Assembly: GCF_030053775.1 (NCBI RefSeq)
Contig: NZ_CP125669.1
Location: forward strand, 1,017,962 to 1,049,961
Reading direction: 5' to 3'
DNA from: Acinetobacter corruptisaponis
GTDB taxonomy: Bacteria; Pseudomonadota; Gammaproteobacteria; Pseudomonadales; Moraxellaceae
DNA length: 32,000 nt
Part shown: piece by piece, positions 1 to 7,397 of the stretch
Position numbering within the stretch: the stretch's first letter is position 1
Layout: every line of letters begins with the position of its first letter
Program-made: the position numbers and the translations under genes
Notes under the pieces: model-generated
What the model saw: the letters and a program-made list of their open reading frames with translations, nothing else
Databases searched by the model: none
Told to the model about the DNA's origin: nothing

Positions 1-78
1 ATCGAACTGGTTAAATTTTCCATGAGTGACGAACCAGTAACCAAAACCATTAAATTGCTCATACAAGATTTCACCCAT
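1..78 (-). CDS. phage hypothetical protein, first 26 codons only (continues beyond window start)
   Basis: ATG at 78-76 overlaps the TAA stop of the upstream gene (TAATG). A GGGGG Shine-Dalgarno lies at 85-89 on the minus strand. The frame is open to position 1. Confidence 0.3.
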   Translation of the reverse strand, partial: MGEILYEQFNGFGYWFVTHGKFNQFD

Positions 79-413
79 TAGATTCCCCCTTTGAGCGCTT
101 GCTCTAACTCATATGCGACAATTGATAGCGCATGTTGAAATGTCTTATCTTCCGTTGGTGGGTCTCTATATTCTTCGATCAATGTCTTTACTGCATCCAC
201 CCGCTTTTGCAGCTCATCCACTTTGGATTGTTGATCTTCTCGCATAGCTGCAATAGCACCAGTAAACGCAATCCATCCAGCATTAAATTCACTTGATTTT
301 GTTGTGCACCGAAAGCCGTTTTTCTTGGCATTAAGATCAATAAATCCGTATTCTTCTGCGATTTTGCAGTACACCTCGTACTGTTGCTCAACATCGGTAA
401 TAAAATCTCTCAT
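78..413 (-). CDS. phage hypothetical protein (111 aa from Met8 of the 118-aa ORF)
   Basis: Uses the ORF 78..434. The internal ATG at 413 is preceded by GGGGTGAAG and overlaps the stop of the upstream gene by 1 nt (TGATG), so the shorter start is preferred. No recognisable family. Confidence 0.5.
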   Translation of the reverse strand: MRDFITDVEQQYEVYCKIAEEYGFIDLNAKKNGFRCTTKSSEFNAGWIAFTGAIAAMREDQQSKVDELQKRVDAVKTLIEEYRDPPTEDKTFQHALSIVAYELEQALKGGI

Positions 414-772
414 CACTTCACCCCAACTTTGCAAAGCGGACTAACATGGTTCTCAATGTGAGTGTCGTCACCCATGTCTGCTACACAATAAATCGACTCG
501 TAGTCTGCGATGGACTTCTCAAAGAAAGGATCAAAACCATGAGAGCCCATTTCTTTGTCATAAGCCTTTGCTAGACCAATTCCACCAAACTTGTTAATAA
601 AATCCACGCTCTCAACGAGGCGTTTGAGGTCGGAAAGGTCAACACTTTTGCATGATGAATAACCACGTTCAGTCTTTTCCTTGAATGTGTAATTTGGGAT
701 TTTATGGTAAGTAGCTACAACTTCCCTAGCCTTATCAATACCGTGCTGCTTTATAAAATTAATCGCATTCAT
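413..772 (-). CDS. phage hypothetical protein (119 aa)
   Basis: ORF in a tightly packed same-strand gene chain whose ends overlap the neighbouring genes. No motif recognised. Confidence 0.5.
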   Translation of the reverse strand: MNAINFIKQHGIDKAREVVATYHKIPNYTFKEKTERGYSSCKSVDLSDLKRLVESVDFINKFGGIGLAKAYDKEMGSHGFDPFFEKSIADYESIYCVADMGDDTHIENHVSPLCKVGVK

Positions 773-1029
773 TGGCTTTGCTCCTTTGGGAGAGAGATGT
801 AATGCGTCACTCTTTCACAAATTTCGTAGTGTTCGTTTTCTCTACCGCAACTATCGATAGTGAACTCAGACCAATACTTTGATTCACCACCGTCATAAAC
901 ATCGTGCATATATCTAGCTCTATAAACGTTTCCATCTTCCGTAAGCACTGCGAATACCTCACCATCCGTATTAGGAGCTGTCTCTGGTAATTGTTCACTT
1001 GTATTAATCCAGCCATTTAGTTTCATCAC
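769..1029 (-). CDS. DUF551-like phage protein (86 aa)
   Basis: The N-terminal 'W I n t s e q L P E' pattern is typical of DUF551 nin-region proteins. It shows 4-nt overlap coupling at both ends. Confidence 0.5.
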   Translation of the reverse strand: MMKLNGWINTSEQLPETAPNTDGEVFAVLTEDGNVYRARYMHDVYDGGESKYWSEFTIDSCGRENEHYEICERVTHYISLPKEQSQ

Positions 1030-1493
1030 CCTTCTCCGTCACTTGAGTCACGTTCTGACACTTCGCCATCTAACTGCCCAATCACACTGTCAAGCTGATC
1101 CAGAAAATCTAACTGCCCAATATCATATTTGTAAGTTAAAAACTCCCCCTCACGCGGGTAACGTTCGATTCCCGTCATTTCCTGCCAAAGCTGAATAAAC
1201 GCATCCCCATGATCGTAAAATGGACGTGAACCTACAGCCCAGGACGAAACGGCATTGGCAGAACAGTCCAGCACATAGGAAATCTTTTCATGCGACCAGC
1301 CGAGATTGCGCAAGTCTAAAATCATGCGAACGAAATCAGGCGGTTTATATCCACGCCGTTTGACGATAAATTTTTTCGCCTGCTGTTTGGCTGAAACAAA
1401 ACGCGCGCGCGCACGAGGATCGTTTGAGTACGTATAAATATTTGAATCAAAACAGAGATTACCATTTCCATAAATCTTCATATTGGTATTCAC
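1026..1493 (-). CDS. phage hypothetical protein with a possible HTH (155 aa)
   Basis: ORF in the operon chain. The segment GWSHEKISYVLDCSANAVSSW looks like a helix-turn-helix, and the C-terminal tail is acidic. Confidence 0.5.
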   Translation of the reverse strand: MNTNMKIYGNGNLCFDSNIYTYSNDPRARARFVSAKQQAKKFIVKRRGYKPPDFVRMILDLRNLGWSHEKISYVLDCSANAVSSWAVGSRPFYDHGDAFIQLWQEMTGIERYPREGEFLTYKYDIGQLDFLDQLDSVIGQLDGEVSERDSSDGEG

Positions 1494-1999
1494 TCCAATT
1501 CCATCACTTTTAATTTTATTAAACCGCCTTTTACAACCTCACCACGCTTAACGACCAGCTCGTCAAACTGTTCATCATCAACGCATAAACCACACTTCAC
1601 TAAACTGTCGATTGTTGCTTTCAGGTAGTTATCAATGTCCCGTGTCTGGTAATTGGGAAAGTGAAAAGTGACATCGAGTTTCAATCGTGCTTCAGTCTGT
1701 TTTGCTGGTACTAAAACCCGAACTAAAGCATGAAATATTTTTGCCTGTTCGCTCAAATAGCGTTTTTTGCCACTTGCTACCCAGTAGTGATTTACAGACG
1801 GCGGACAAGTTGCAATTTCACAATTCAAAATCTCTTTTTCATCACATATCTTATTTCGCTGTATTTTCGCGTTTAAGATAGTTTTATTGGCTTGATGTAC
1901 CTTTGCATCATTTTCAGTTTTTAATCTCTCCTTGCTCAAATTAGCCCTATTTCTGTGCGCTTTTAAGTGTGCTTGTAGCTGATCTTCACTCCATCTCAT
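1490..1999 (-). CDS. rusA: RusA-family Holliday junction resolvase (with N-terminal extension or an earlier-than-real start)
   Basis: The C-terminal ~110 aa carry the RusA-like pattern (VNHYW ... LKLDVTFHFP ... RDIDNYLKATIDSL ... DDEQ). The position downstream of the replication gene matches lambdoid nin regions. Confidence 0.75.
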   Translation of the reverse strand: MRWSEDQLQAHLKAHRNRANLSKERLKTENDAKVHQANKTILNAKIQRNKICDEKEILNCEIATCPPSVNHYWVASGKKRYLSEQAKIFHALVRVLVPAKQTEARLKLDVTFHFPNYQTRDIDNYLKATIDSLVKCGLCVDDEQFDELVVKRGEVVKGGLIKLKVMELE

Positions 2000-3069
2000 G
2001 CATTACCCCCCACATTGCCAATAAATCCAACATCACGAAGATATGAAGCCCAGTGTTTTAGGTTTTCAGGATCACGAAGTTTTACAGCGATACGGGATTC
2101 AAAATTTTTCTGTGATTCACCAGCGTTGGCATAGGTACAAGCAAAATCAGGCAAAGCACAAAGTTTTCTGCTGAACATGTTGATCTGAGGGTCAGTAAGA
2201 TTTTTTGTTCCAGGTGATGTTTTTGCCTTGGCCGTAGTTTTTGGTTTTGAGGTAGATAATTTTTGGATTCGATAAATCCAGTAATTCATCCAGCCTTGTG
2301 CCGTGGTTTTTTCCCGTGTTGTTGACCACTGAACAAAATTTTTCAACTCAGCCAAAATAAATTCATCGGTTAGCTGTGAATTTTGTTTTTGTGCCTGAGT
2401 GATGAAATCGGATTTAACCGTGTACCGATTTGCCAATTCCCGAAGTGTGTAAATTTCCTTGTCGTCTTGATGGTATTCGACTGAGCTGCCAAACATCTCA
2501 GAATCCAAGTTATCCACAGCAACTTTCTTTTTTTTATTATCTAAAGAATTCTTATTATCTATTGTCACTTTCCCTAGTGAAGTGGTTTTACTTTCCCTAG
2601 TGAAGTGGTTCTCTGCACTAGGTGAAGTACTTTCCTTAATTTCTTCGACCACTTTCCCTAGTGAAGTACTTTCCATAGTGAAGTGGTCAACAAGGGAAAT
2701 ATCATTTAATTTATATTTTTGTACCCCGCGTTTTCCTGTTCCAATGACACTAATAACACCTAAATCAAGTAACTCTTTAATGCCTGCCGTAACTGTTTTA
2801 GAACCTAATTTTCTTGATCCTTTTAGTTCGCCACCCTGTAACTGGGAATAACTGACAAAATCAGACTCCTTATTATGTCCGTTGATGCGGTTCTCTAATT
2901 CGGCATAAACATTCCGAGCAGCGTCAGAAATGAAAGGGTAAACTTCCTCCCTGTACAATCGGCTCGACATCACATAGCCTTTTTTAAATCTATCGCTATA
3001 CATGCCCCTACTAGCCTCTTGTTGCTCTTGCTGAGGCTTAGGAAACTGAATCACTGGTGCAGTATTCAT
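1996..3069 (-). CDS. lambda O-like replication initiator (winged-helix N-terminus), contains ori iterons
   Basis: The N-terminal region (...NGHNKESDFVSYSQLQ...SKTVTAGIKELLDLGVISV) resembles phage replication protein O. The central part is encoded by a DNA iteron array, giving protein repeats HFTMESTSLGKV / HFTRESKTTSLGKV. Confidence 0.65.
   Translation of the reverse strand: MNTAPVIQFPKPQQEQQEASRGMYSDRFKKGYVMSSRLYREEVYPFISDAARNVYAELENRINGHNKESDFVSYSQLQGGELKGSRKLGSKTVTAGIKELLDLGVISVIGTGKRGVQKYKLNDISLVDHFTMESTSLGKVVEEIKESTSPSAENHFTRESKTTSLGKVTIDNKNSLDNKKKKVAVDNLDSEMFGSSVEYHQDDKEIYTLRELANRYTVKSDFITQAQKQNSQLTDEFILAELKNFVQWSTTREKTTAQGWMNYWIYRIQKLSTSKPKTTAKAKTSPGTKNLTDPQINMFSRKLCALPDFACTYANAGESQKNFESRIAVKLRDPENLKHWASYLRDVGFIGNVGGNA
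2567..2690. repeat. putative phage replication origin: 4-5 iterons of ACTTTCCCTAGTGAAGTGG flanked by an A/T-rich tract (2521-2565)
   Basis: Copies lie at 2568-2586, 2590-2608, 2651-2669 and 2668-2686 (1-2 mismatches), plus a degenerate copy at ~2617-2628. The adjacent run is aactttctttttttttattatctaaagaattcttattatc. Confidence 0.6.
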
Positions 3070-3071
3070 AG

Positions 3072-3377
3072 CTACTTATCCTCAATGCGTTTTACATAAC
3101 CGCCAAAAAAGAAAAGCAAGCCCGTCTGTGCCAAGCTATGCTCTATTTCTTGCGAAATTCTCCAATCACAACGGAATCTCCACTCCATACACTCACGCCA
3201 CTCCTTACGGTTTACGGCGGCGTTATCAGGGCGGTATCCACGTTTGATCAGGTTGTTTTTGTTGCGCTGGAACATCCAGTCCAAAATTGCCAAGGCGTCG
3301 GCATGATGCTGTTGTATCCAATTCAATTTTTTTAAAGGGTCTTGGTTTTGCTGGTTGTTCTGTGATAAGCTGGTCAT
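3072..3377 (-). CDS. phage hypothetical protein (101 aa)
   Basis: ORF sits between the CII-position gene and the O-like gene with a 2-nt gap to the latter. No family recognised. Confidence 0.5.
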   Translation of the reverse strand: MTSLSQNNQQNQDPLKKLNWIQQHHADALAILDWMFQRNKNNLIKRGYRPDNAAVNRKEWRECMEWRFRCDWRISQEIEHSLAQTGLLFFFGGYVKRIEDK

Positions 3378-3392
3378 CTGAACTACCTCATA

Positions 3393-3701
3393 TCAATTTA
3401 TTGGTATGGCAATAAGGCTCAACTGGTCGCACAGTTGGGCTTTTTTTGTGCCTATTCGTTTTGGGGTGATGTCAATAATTGGCTGGGGTGACAGCTCAAA
3501 CGTATCTGCTGTATCTGTGGTAAGAGCAAATGCGGTTTGGAGAGAATGTAAAAACTCCTCCACATCTTGGATTTCTCTCATGCAGATTGAACGTATCAAT
3601 TCAGACAGACTTAAATTACGTGACTTTGCTATTGCTTCCAGCTTCCGCTTTTCAATATCAGTGCATTTATGGGTGATGCTCTCTATTAATTTTTCAGACA
3701 T
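3393..3701 (-). CDS. ribbon-helix-helix-like regulator in the CII position (102 aa)
   Basis: The pattern KCTDIEKRKLEAIAKSRNLSLSELIRSI fits an RHH (CopG/Arc-like) beta-alpha-alpha N-terminus. The gene is immediately downstream of cro. Confidence 0.45.
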   Translation of the reverse strand: MSEKLIESITHKCTDIEKRKLEAIAKSRNLSLSELIRSICMREIQDVEEFLHSLQTAFALTTDTADTFELSPQPIIDITPKRIGTKKAQLCDQLSLIAIPIN

Positions 3702-3710
3702 AGAGACACC

Positions 3711-3884
3711 TCAAGACTTAGCCAATGGCTTTCTTCCAGCCGCTATGTCTTTAATCTGGTACTCGCGAGCAATCGGAATGGGCTTATCACCCCACTTGTA
3801 AATGGCCTCTGTTGAAATGTTTAAAATTTTGGCTAATTCTGGAATTGTGCATTGCAGCAAATTCAATGCTTCAGACTTTTTCAT
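3711..3884 (-). CDS. cro: Cro/YdaS-like HTH regulator (57 aa from internal Met)
   Basis: MKKSEALNLLQCTIPELAKILNISTEAIYKWG is a Cro/YdaS-type HTH. The upstream 23 codons of the 80-aa ORF cover the operator palindrome and the predicted promoter, so the start at 3884 is preferred. Confidence 0.65.
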   Translation of the reverse strand: MKKSEALNLLQCTIPELAKILNISTEAIYKWGDKPIPIAREYQIKDIAAGRKPLAKS

Positions 3885-3896
3885 AAAATCAAATTC

Positions 3897-3983
3897 GATA
3901 ACTTTAGTTATCATTATTCTATTACTTAAAGTTAGCGTGTCAATAGCTAACATAAGTTATCTATTGCCTAGGTATATTGTTTT
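3897..3983. promoter_or_regulatory. immunity-region control DNA: operators O1 (3897-3912 GATAACTTTAGTTATC) and O2 (3946-3961 GCTAACATAAGTTATC), a leftward PR-like promoter and a possible PRM-like promoter
   Basis: On the minus strand, -35 TTGACA (3938-3943) and -10 TAGAAT (3916-3921) have a 16-nt spacer, and the predicted start falls inside O1. On the plus strand, TATATT (3973-3978) lies 5 nt before the cI ATG. An extra palindrome GTTAGC-N9-GCTAAC lies at 3931-3951. Confidence 0.5.
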
Positions 3984-4343
3984 ATGGAAACTATAGGTTC
4001 TCGCATTCATACATTAAGAACGCAAAAGAAGCTCTCACAGAAAGTTCTTGGTGAGTTTCTTGGTGTTAGCGGTGTTACTGTCTTAAAGTGGGAAAAAGAT
4101 GAGAATGTTCCAAAACATGAAAGCCTTGTTGCATTGGCAGTCAAACTAGATACGACTATTGATTATATTTTGTATGGAACGACTGAGCAGAAAGGAAATA
4201 AGCTTGATCAACTTATACAAAAATTACAGTTACTTTCAAAGCAAGGGGAACTTACTGATGAAAGAATTGGGCTGATTGATGGAATTGTAAATAGCTGGAA
4301 ACCACTCCCAAGTAGTGAAATCACGGCACAAAAAACGGGCTAA
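3984..4343 (+). CDS. CI-like XRE-family repressor without an S24 peptidase domain (119 aa)
   Basis: KKLSQKVLGEFLGVSGVTVLKWEKDENVP is a classical XRE HTH. The gene is divergent from the cro-like gene. The short C-terminus has no Ala-Gly / Ser-Lys autocleavage module. Confidence 0.75.
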   Translation: METIGSRIHTLRTQKKLSQKVLGEFLGVSGVTVLKWEKDENVPKHESLVALAVKLDTTIDYILYGTTEQKGNKLDQLIQKLQLLSKQGELTDERIGLIDGIVNSWKPLPSSEITAQKTG

Positions 4344-4387
4344 TTTTAAAATTTTGCCTAAAGTCTAATTGATTAATAGAGGAAATA

Positions 4388-4573
4388 ATGGATAAAGGTA
4401 AATTATTCTTCTGGTTATGGCAGTTGGGTAGCATCCCAACGCTTATATACTTATTGTTTTTTAATACAAATTACAATTGGTGGAATTGGATAATACTTAT
4501 TCCTGTCAATTTTTTCTTGGCAGAAATATGGCCGATATATTGGCTTTTAAAATGGATAGGCTTTGCATTATGA
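4388..4573 (+). CDS. small Trp-rich two-TM membrane protein (61 aa), co-oriented downstream of the repressor
   Basis: A GAGGAAATA Shine-Dalgarno precedes the ATG. There are two hydrophobic segments rich in W/F/L/I. The position is equivalent to lambda rex. Confidence 0.5.
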   Translation: MDKGKLFFWLWQLGSIPTLIYLLFFNTNYNWWNWIILIPVNFFLAEIWPIYWLLKWIGFAL

Positions 4574-4594
4574 AATCTATTTTTATGGTGTGTT

Positions 4595-5101
4595 ATGTCT
4601 CTTGATAGAAGTTTACAACTAAAACTACTTGAATATATGGCTGCAAAATATCCCTACCATTGGGATTTTTACAATGATTTTCCAGAGGGATCAGAAAATT
4701 ATGAGGCTGCATTAAGAAATTTATATTATTTAATGCAGCATGAACTGGTGGAAAAGAAAAGTTTAACACTAAGTAATTACAACGGTACTGGATTTAATTT
4801 GATTATTCACCTACCAACAATCAGTCAAAAAGGGATGGATTTTTTGGCTGATGATGGTGGGCTTTCTGCAATTCTTGGCGTTGTTACCATTAAGTTTGAA
4901 GCTGACACATTAAGAACTATTTTAGAACGCAGAATCAATCAAGCGGAGGCAACCCCTGAACATAAGCAGTCAATGATTGATGGCATTCGAGAGCTGCCTG
5001 CCGAGTCCATAAAACACCTGACCATGAAACTACTGGATGAGGGCTTAGATAATCTACCGAATGCGATTGTACTAATTGGAACGTATCTTGGACTATCCTA
5101 G
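4595..5101 (+). CDS. hypothetical cytoplasmic protein, N-terminus resembles a DUF2513-type winged helix (168 aa)
   Basis: The composition looks like a soluble protein, and the N-terminus LQLKLLEYMAAKYP... resembles DUF2513-like phage proteins. It is the last gene before the 5402 terminator. Confidence 0.55.
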   Translation: MSLDRSLQLKLLEYMAAKYPYHWDFYNDFPEGSENYEAALRNLYYLMQHELVEKKSLTLSNYNGTGFNLIIHLPTISQKGMDFLADDGGLSAILGVVTIKFEADTLRTILERRINQAEATPEHKQSMIDGIRELPAESIKHLTMKLLDEGLDNLPNAIVLIGTYLGLS

Positions 5102-5219
5102 AAAACTCTAGATATTGATTCCCAATATCGACTAGAAAAGTATCATGTTCAGTTTTCACATCAACATAAACCCCCTTTCTTGGTGGATTGATCACGATTG
5201 ATTTTGGTGACTTAATCAT
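4935..5219 (-). CDS. possible small protein (94 aa as read; only the first ~39 codons lie outside the convergent gene)
   Basis: The ATG at 5219 overlaps the stop of the upstream 57-aa ORF (ATGATTAA). The 3' 167 nt are antisense to 4595..5101 and could be a chance open frame. Confidence 0.25.
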   Translation of the reverse strand: MIKSPKSIVINPPRKGVYVDVKTEHDTFLVDIGNQYLEFSRIVQDTFQLVQSHSVDYLSPHPVVSWSGVLWTRQAALECHQSLTAYVQGLPPLD

Positions 5220-5385
5220 TTGAAGCCTCCGAACTAATTTCATGTATATTTTTTTGGAAAACAAAAGATTCTATTTTTTTTGCATCTGCAATAAGCTCAT
5301 CGACTGATTTTTTTCCCAAAAGCAGATTCACCTTTAACATCTTAAAAATCAATATCTGCCGCCAAAGCGTACGAACACCTTTCAT
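5212..5385 (-). CDS. possible small protein (57 aa)
   Basis: The ATG at 5385 is preceded by GGAG at 8 nt. It falls below the 60-aa cut-off of the ORF track. It fills an otherwise non-coding 300-nt gap. Confidence 0.3.
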   Translation of the reverse strand: MKGVRTLWRQILIFKMLKVNLLLGKKSVDELIADAKKIESFVFQKNIHEISSEASND

Positions 5386-5401
5386 CTTAATAACTCCATA
5401 C

Positions 5402-5427
5402 AGCCCTCACTATGAGGGCTTCTTTTG
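5402..5427 (+). terminator. rho-independent terminator ending the repressor operon (tImm-like)
   Basis: Stem AGCCCTCA / TGAGGGCT (5402-5409 / 5413-5420) with a 3-nt loop, followed by TCTTTTG. Confidence 0.55.
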
Positions 5428-5454
5428 TTATTAAAGCATAATTTTCAGCATAAA

Positions 5455-5497
5455 ACTAACTAAAGTTATTGACCAAAGCAATAACTTTAGTTATCTT
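5455..5497 (+). promoter_or_regulatory. PL-like early promoter with two operators O3 (5455-5470) and O4 (5480-5495)
   Basis: -35 TTGACC (5469-5474), a 17-nt spacer, then -10 TATCTT (5492-5497). ACTAACTAAAGTTATT and AATAACTTTAGTTATC match the 3897/3946 operators. Confidence 0.5.
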
Positions 5498-5576
5498 GCT
5501 TATCGTAAACAAAAAAAAGCACACCGACCCTTTCAACTTCCGATGTGCTTTACCCCCAACGAGGAGCAATCAAATT

Positions 5577-5789
5577 ATGAAACAAAGAACTATACAGAGT
5601 CAAACGACTCGCCCTTGCTGTACCGAACCAACGGACAAGGACATACAAATTCCATTTTGGGAACACCTATGGGCCAATCTGGTCGATTCAATAAAAATGT
5701 TGGCACTGATATTCACTGGTTATGCCCTTTTCATTTTCTTTGGTTATGTATTTCAGATTTTGGCCGCTTGGTTAAGGGGGATTTTCTAA
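5577..5789 (+). CDS. small membrane protein, first gene of the early operon (70 aa)
   Basis: A GAGGAG Shine-Dalgarno lies at 5561-5566. There is a C-terminal hydrophobic segment, and the TAATG junction couples it to the next gene. Confidence 0.45.
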   Translation: MKQRTIQSQTTRPCCTEPTDKDIQIPFWEHLWANLVDSIKMLALIFTGYALFIFFGYVFQILAAWLRGIF

Positions 5790-6469
5790 TGGGTGAAAAT
5801 CCTATTTTATTTTCCACTTCAATGGTTCAGGCAATTTTGGATGGTCGTAAAACTCAGACTCGTAGACCTTTTAAATATGCTGAACATCCAGCAGTAATCG
5901 GATATGAACCAAATGGCCCTCATGGCTGGTGGAAAGGTACTGCCAGAAGTGAGGCTGTTATTCAACAATATATTTCTACTTTCCCTCTAACAATCAAGTG
6001 TCCATTTGGAATTGTTGGTGATCGACTATGGGTTAAAGAGAAGTGGCGTATTGCTGATGCCTGCGAGGGCTGGTCGATGGATGACAGCCAGCCATGTCGT
6101 GGTTGGATAGATTATGAAGCGGGTGGAGACAATGAAGTAACCGCACCTAATTTTGATGCTGTTGAAGAGTTACTGCCTGAAGATTGGGACTGGGATTTTA
6201 TAGTCCCTGAATATTTATCATCAAAAAAAATGCCACGCTGGGCATCCCGCATTTTGCTAGAAATCACAAATATTCGTGTTGAGCGACTTCAAGACATTAC
6301 GGAAGCAGGTGCCATTGCGGAGGGTATGGTGGCTGATGACGATTATTGTGCTGAAGAATATTATTCAATTTATTGGAATCAAAAGCACGGCTGGAAAGAA
6401 AAAGGCTGGAATGCCAATCCGTGGGTATGGGTAGTTGAATTTAAAGTAATTCAGGGCGGTGAGTTATGA
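5789..6469 (+). CDS. ASCH/PUA-like phage protein (226 aa)
   Basis: The N-terminus PILFSTSMVQAILDGRKTQTRRP and the later MPRWASRILLEITNIRVERLQDITE are the signature I associate with ASCH-domain phage proteins. The start was chosen at the TAATG junction, not the 5543 ATG. Confidence 0.6.
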   Translation: MGENPILFSTSMVQAILDGRKTQTRRPFKYAEHPAVIGYEPNGPHGWWKGTARSEAVIQQYISTFPLTIKCPFGIVGDRLWVKEKWRIADACEGWSMDDSQPCRGWIDYEAGGDNEVTAPNFDAVEELLPEDWDWDFIVPEYLSSKKMPRWASRILLEITNIRVERLQDITEAGAIAEGMVADDDYCAEEYYSIYWNQKHGWKEKGWNANPWVWVVEFKVIQGGEL

Positions 6470-7350
6470 ATACAATACCTCAACTTCTACAATCTTCTGA
6501 TCAACTTATTCAGGGTATGAGCAATGATGAATATCACGCTCGCCCAGAGTACAGCTCAAGCCAGCTTAAAGACATGTTGCGTAGTGCTGCCCATTTCTAT
6601 TCAAACAATATTTTAAAAGAAGTTGAACGAGAAACCAAAGCGGCCATGAATTTTGGCACATTAGCTCACACACTGTTTTTTGAACCTGAACAGTTTGAAA
6701 ATGAATTTGTTATTGCGCCAAAATTCGAGCGTCGCACAAAGGCTGGGAAAGAAGAAGCCTTGGCTTGGGAGCAAGCTAATCAAGGAAAAATCTTGGTTGA
6801 TGCTGAACAGGTTGAAGCCGCAAAGCGCATAGTAATCAATCTGCAAAAACTGAGCTCCTATGCTGATATGCAGAATAATTATGGCATGGCTGAGGCAAGC
6901 ATATTCTTTACCGATCCAGTATTCGATTTACCGTTGCGTATTCGTCCTGACTGGCACATTGCACCATGCAAGACATTTCCAAACGGCTTAATTTTGGATT
7001 TAAAAACCACGACTGATGCACGTGCCCACGCTTTCTCTAAAAAATGCTCTGACTTTGGTTATGACCTTTCTGCATCTATGTATCGTGAGGGTTTTCAGCA
7101 GTATTACCAAACTGAGCAAAAACCTGACTTTATTTTACTGGTTGCGGAAAGTTCTATTCCTTTCAACGTCAAACAGTATAAAGCATCCCACCTATTTTTA
7201 AGCGTTGGCGACACACGCTACAACAAAGCTAAAGAATTGCTTGCTGAGTCACTTCTCATTAACGAATGGGATGGTTATTCACTCGAAATGGAAGATTTAT
7301 TCTTGCCATCGTACATGACAAAACAAGCTTTAGAAGCCGATTTTCACTAA
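6466..7350 (+). CDS. PD-(D/E)XK exonuclease (RecE C-terminal / DUF3799-like), partner of RecT
   Basis: Motifs seen are MSNDEYHA...YSSSQLK and D...ILDLKTT. It lies directly upstream of recT, as in RecET-type modules. Confidence 0.7.
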   Translation: MNTIPQLLQSSDQLIQGMSNDEYHARPEYSSSQLKDMLRSAAHFYSNNILKEVERETKAAMNFGTLAHTLFFEPEQFENEFVIAPKFERRTKAGKEEALAWEQANQGKILVDAEQVEAAKRIVINLQKLSSYADMQNNYGMAEASIFFTDPVFDLPLRIRPDWHIAPCKTFPNGLILDLKTTTDARAHAFSKKCSDFGYDLSASMYREGFQQYYQTEQKPDFILLVAESSIPFNVKQYKASHLFLSVGDTRYNKAKELLAESLLINEWDGYSLEMEDLFLPSYMTKQALEADFH

Positions 7351-7397
7351 TTTTATTCATTTTTTAACGATTTTATTCAAATTTAAGGAATTTTTTC

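Noticed and set aside
2582-2851. 89-aa plus-strand ORF inside the O-like gene
   Set aside because: It is antisense to the replication gene and partly generated by the iteron repeats. It has no start context.
3406-3801. 131-aa plus-strand ORF across the RHH and cro genes
   Set aside because: It is antisense to two genes with recognisable DNA-binding motifs and operon logic. It has no ribosome-binding site and looks like a shadow ORF.
5469-5788. Long N-terminal extensions of the ORFs 5469..5789 and 5543..6469
   Set aside because: The extensions run through the operator/promoter DNA (5455-5497). The conserved ASCH-like N-terminus starts at the ATG at 5789, and the small membrane protein has a good GAGGAG Shine-Dalgarno for the ATG at 5577.
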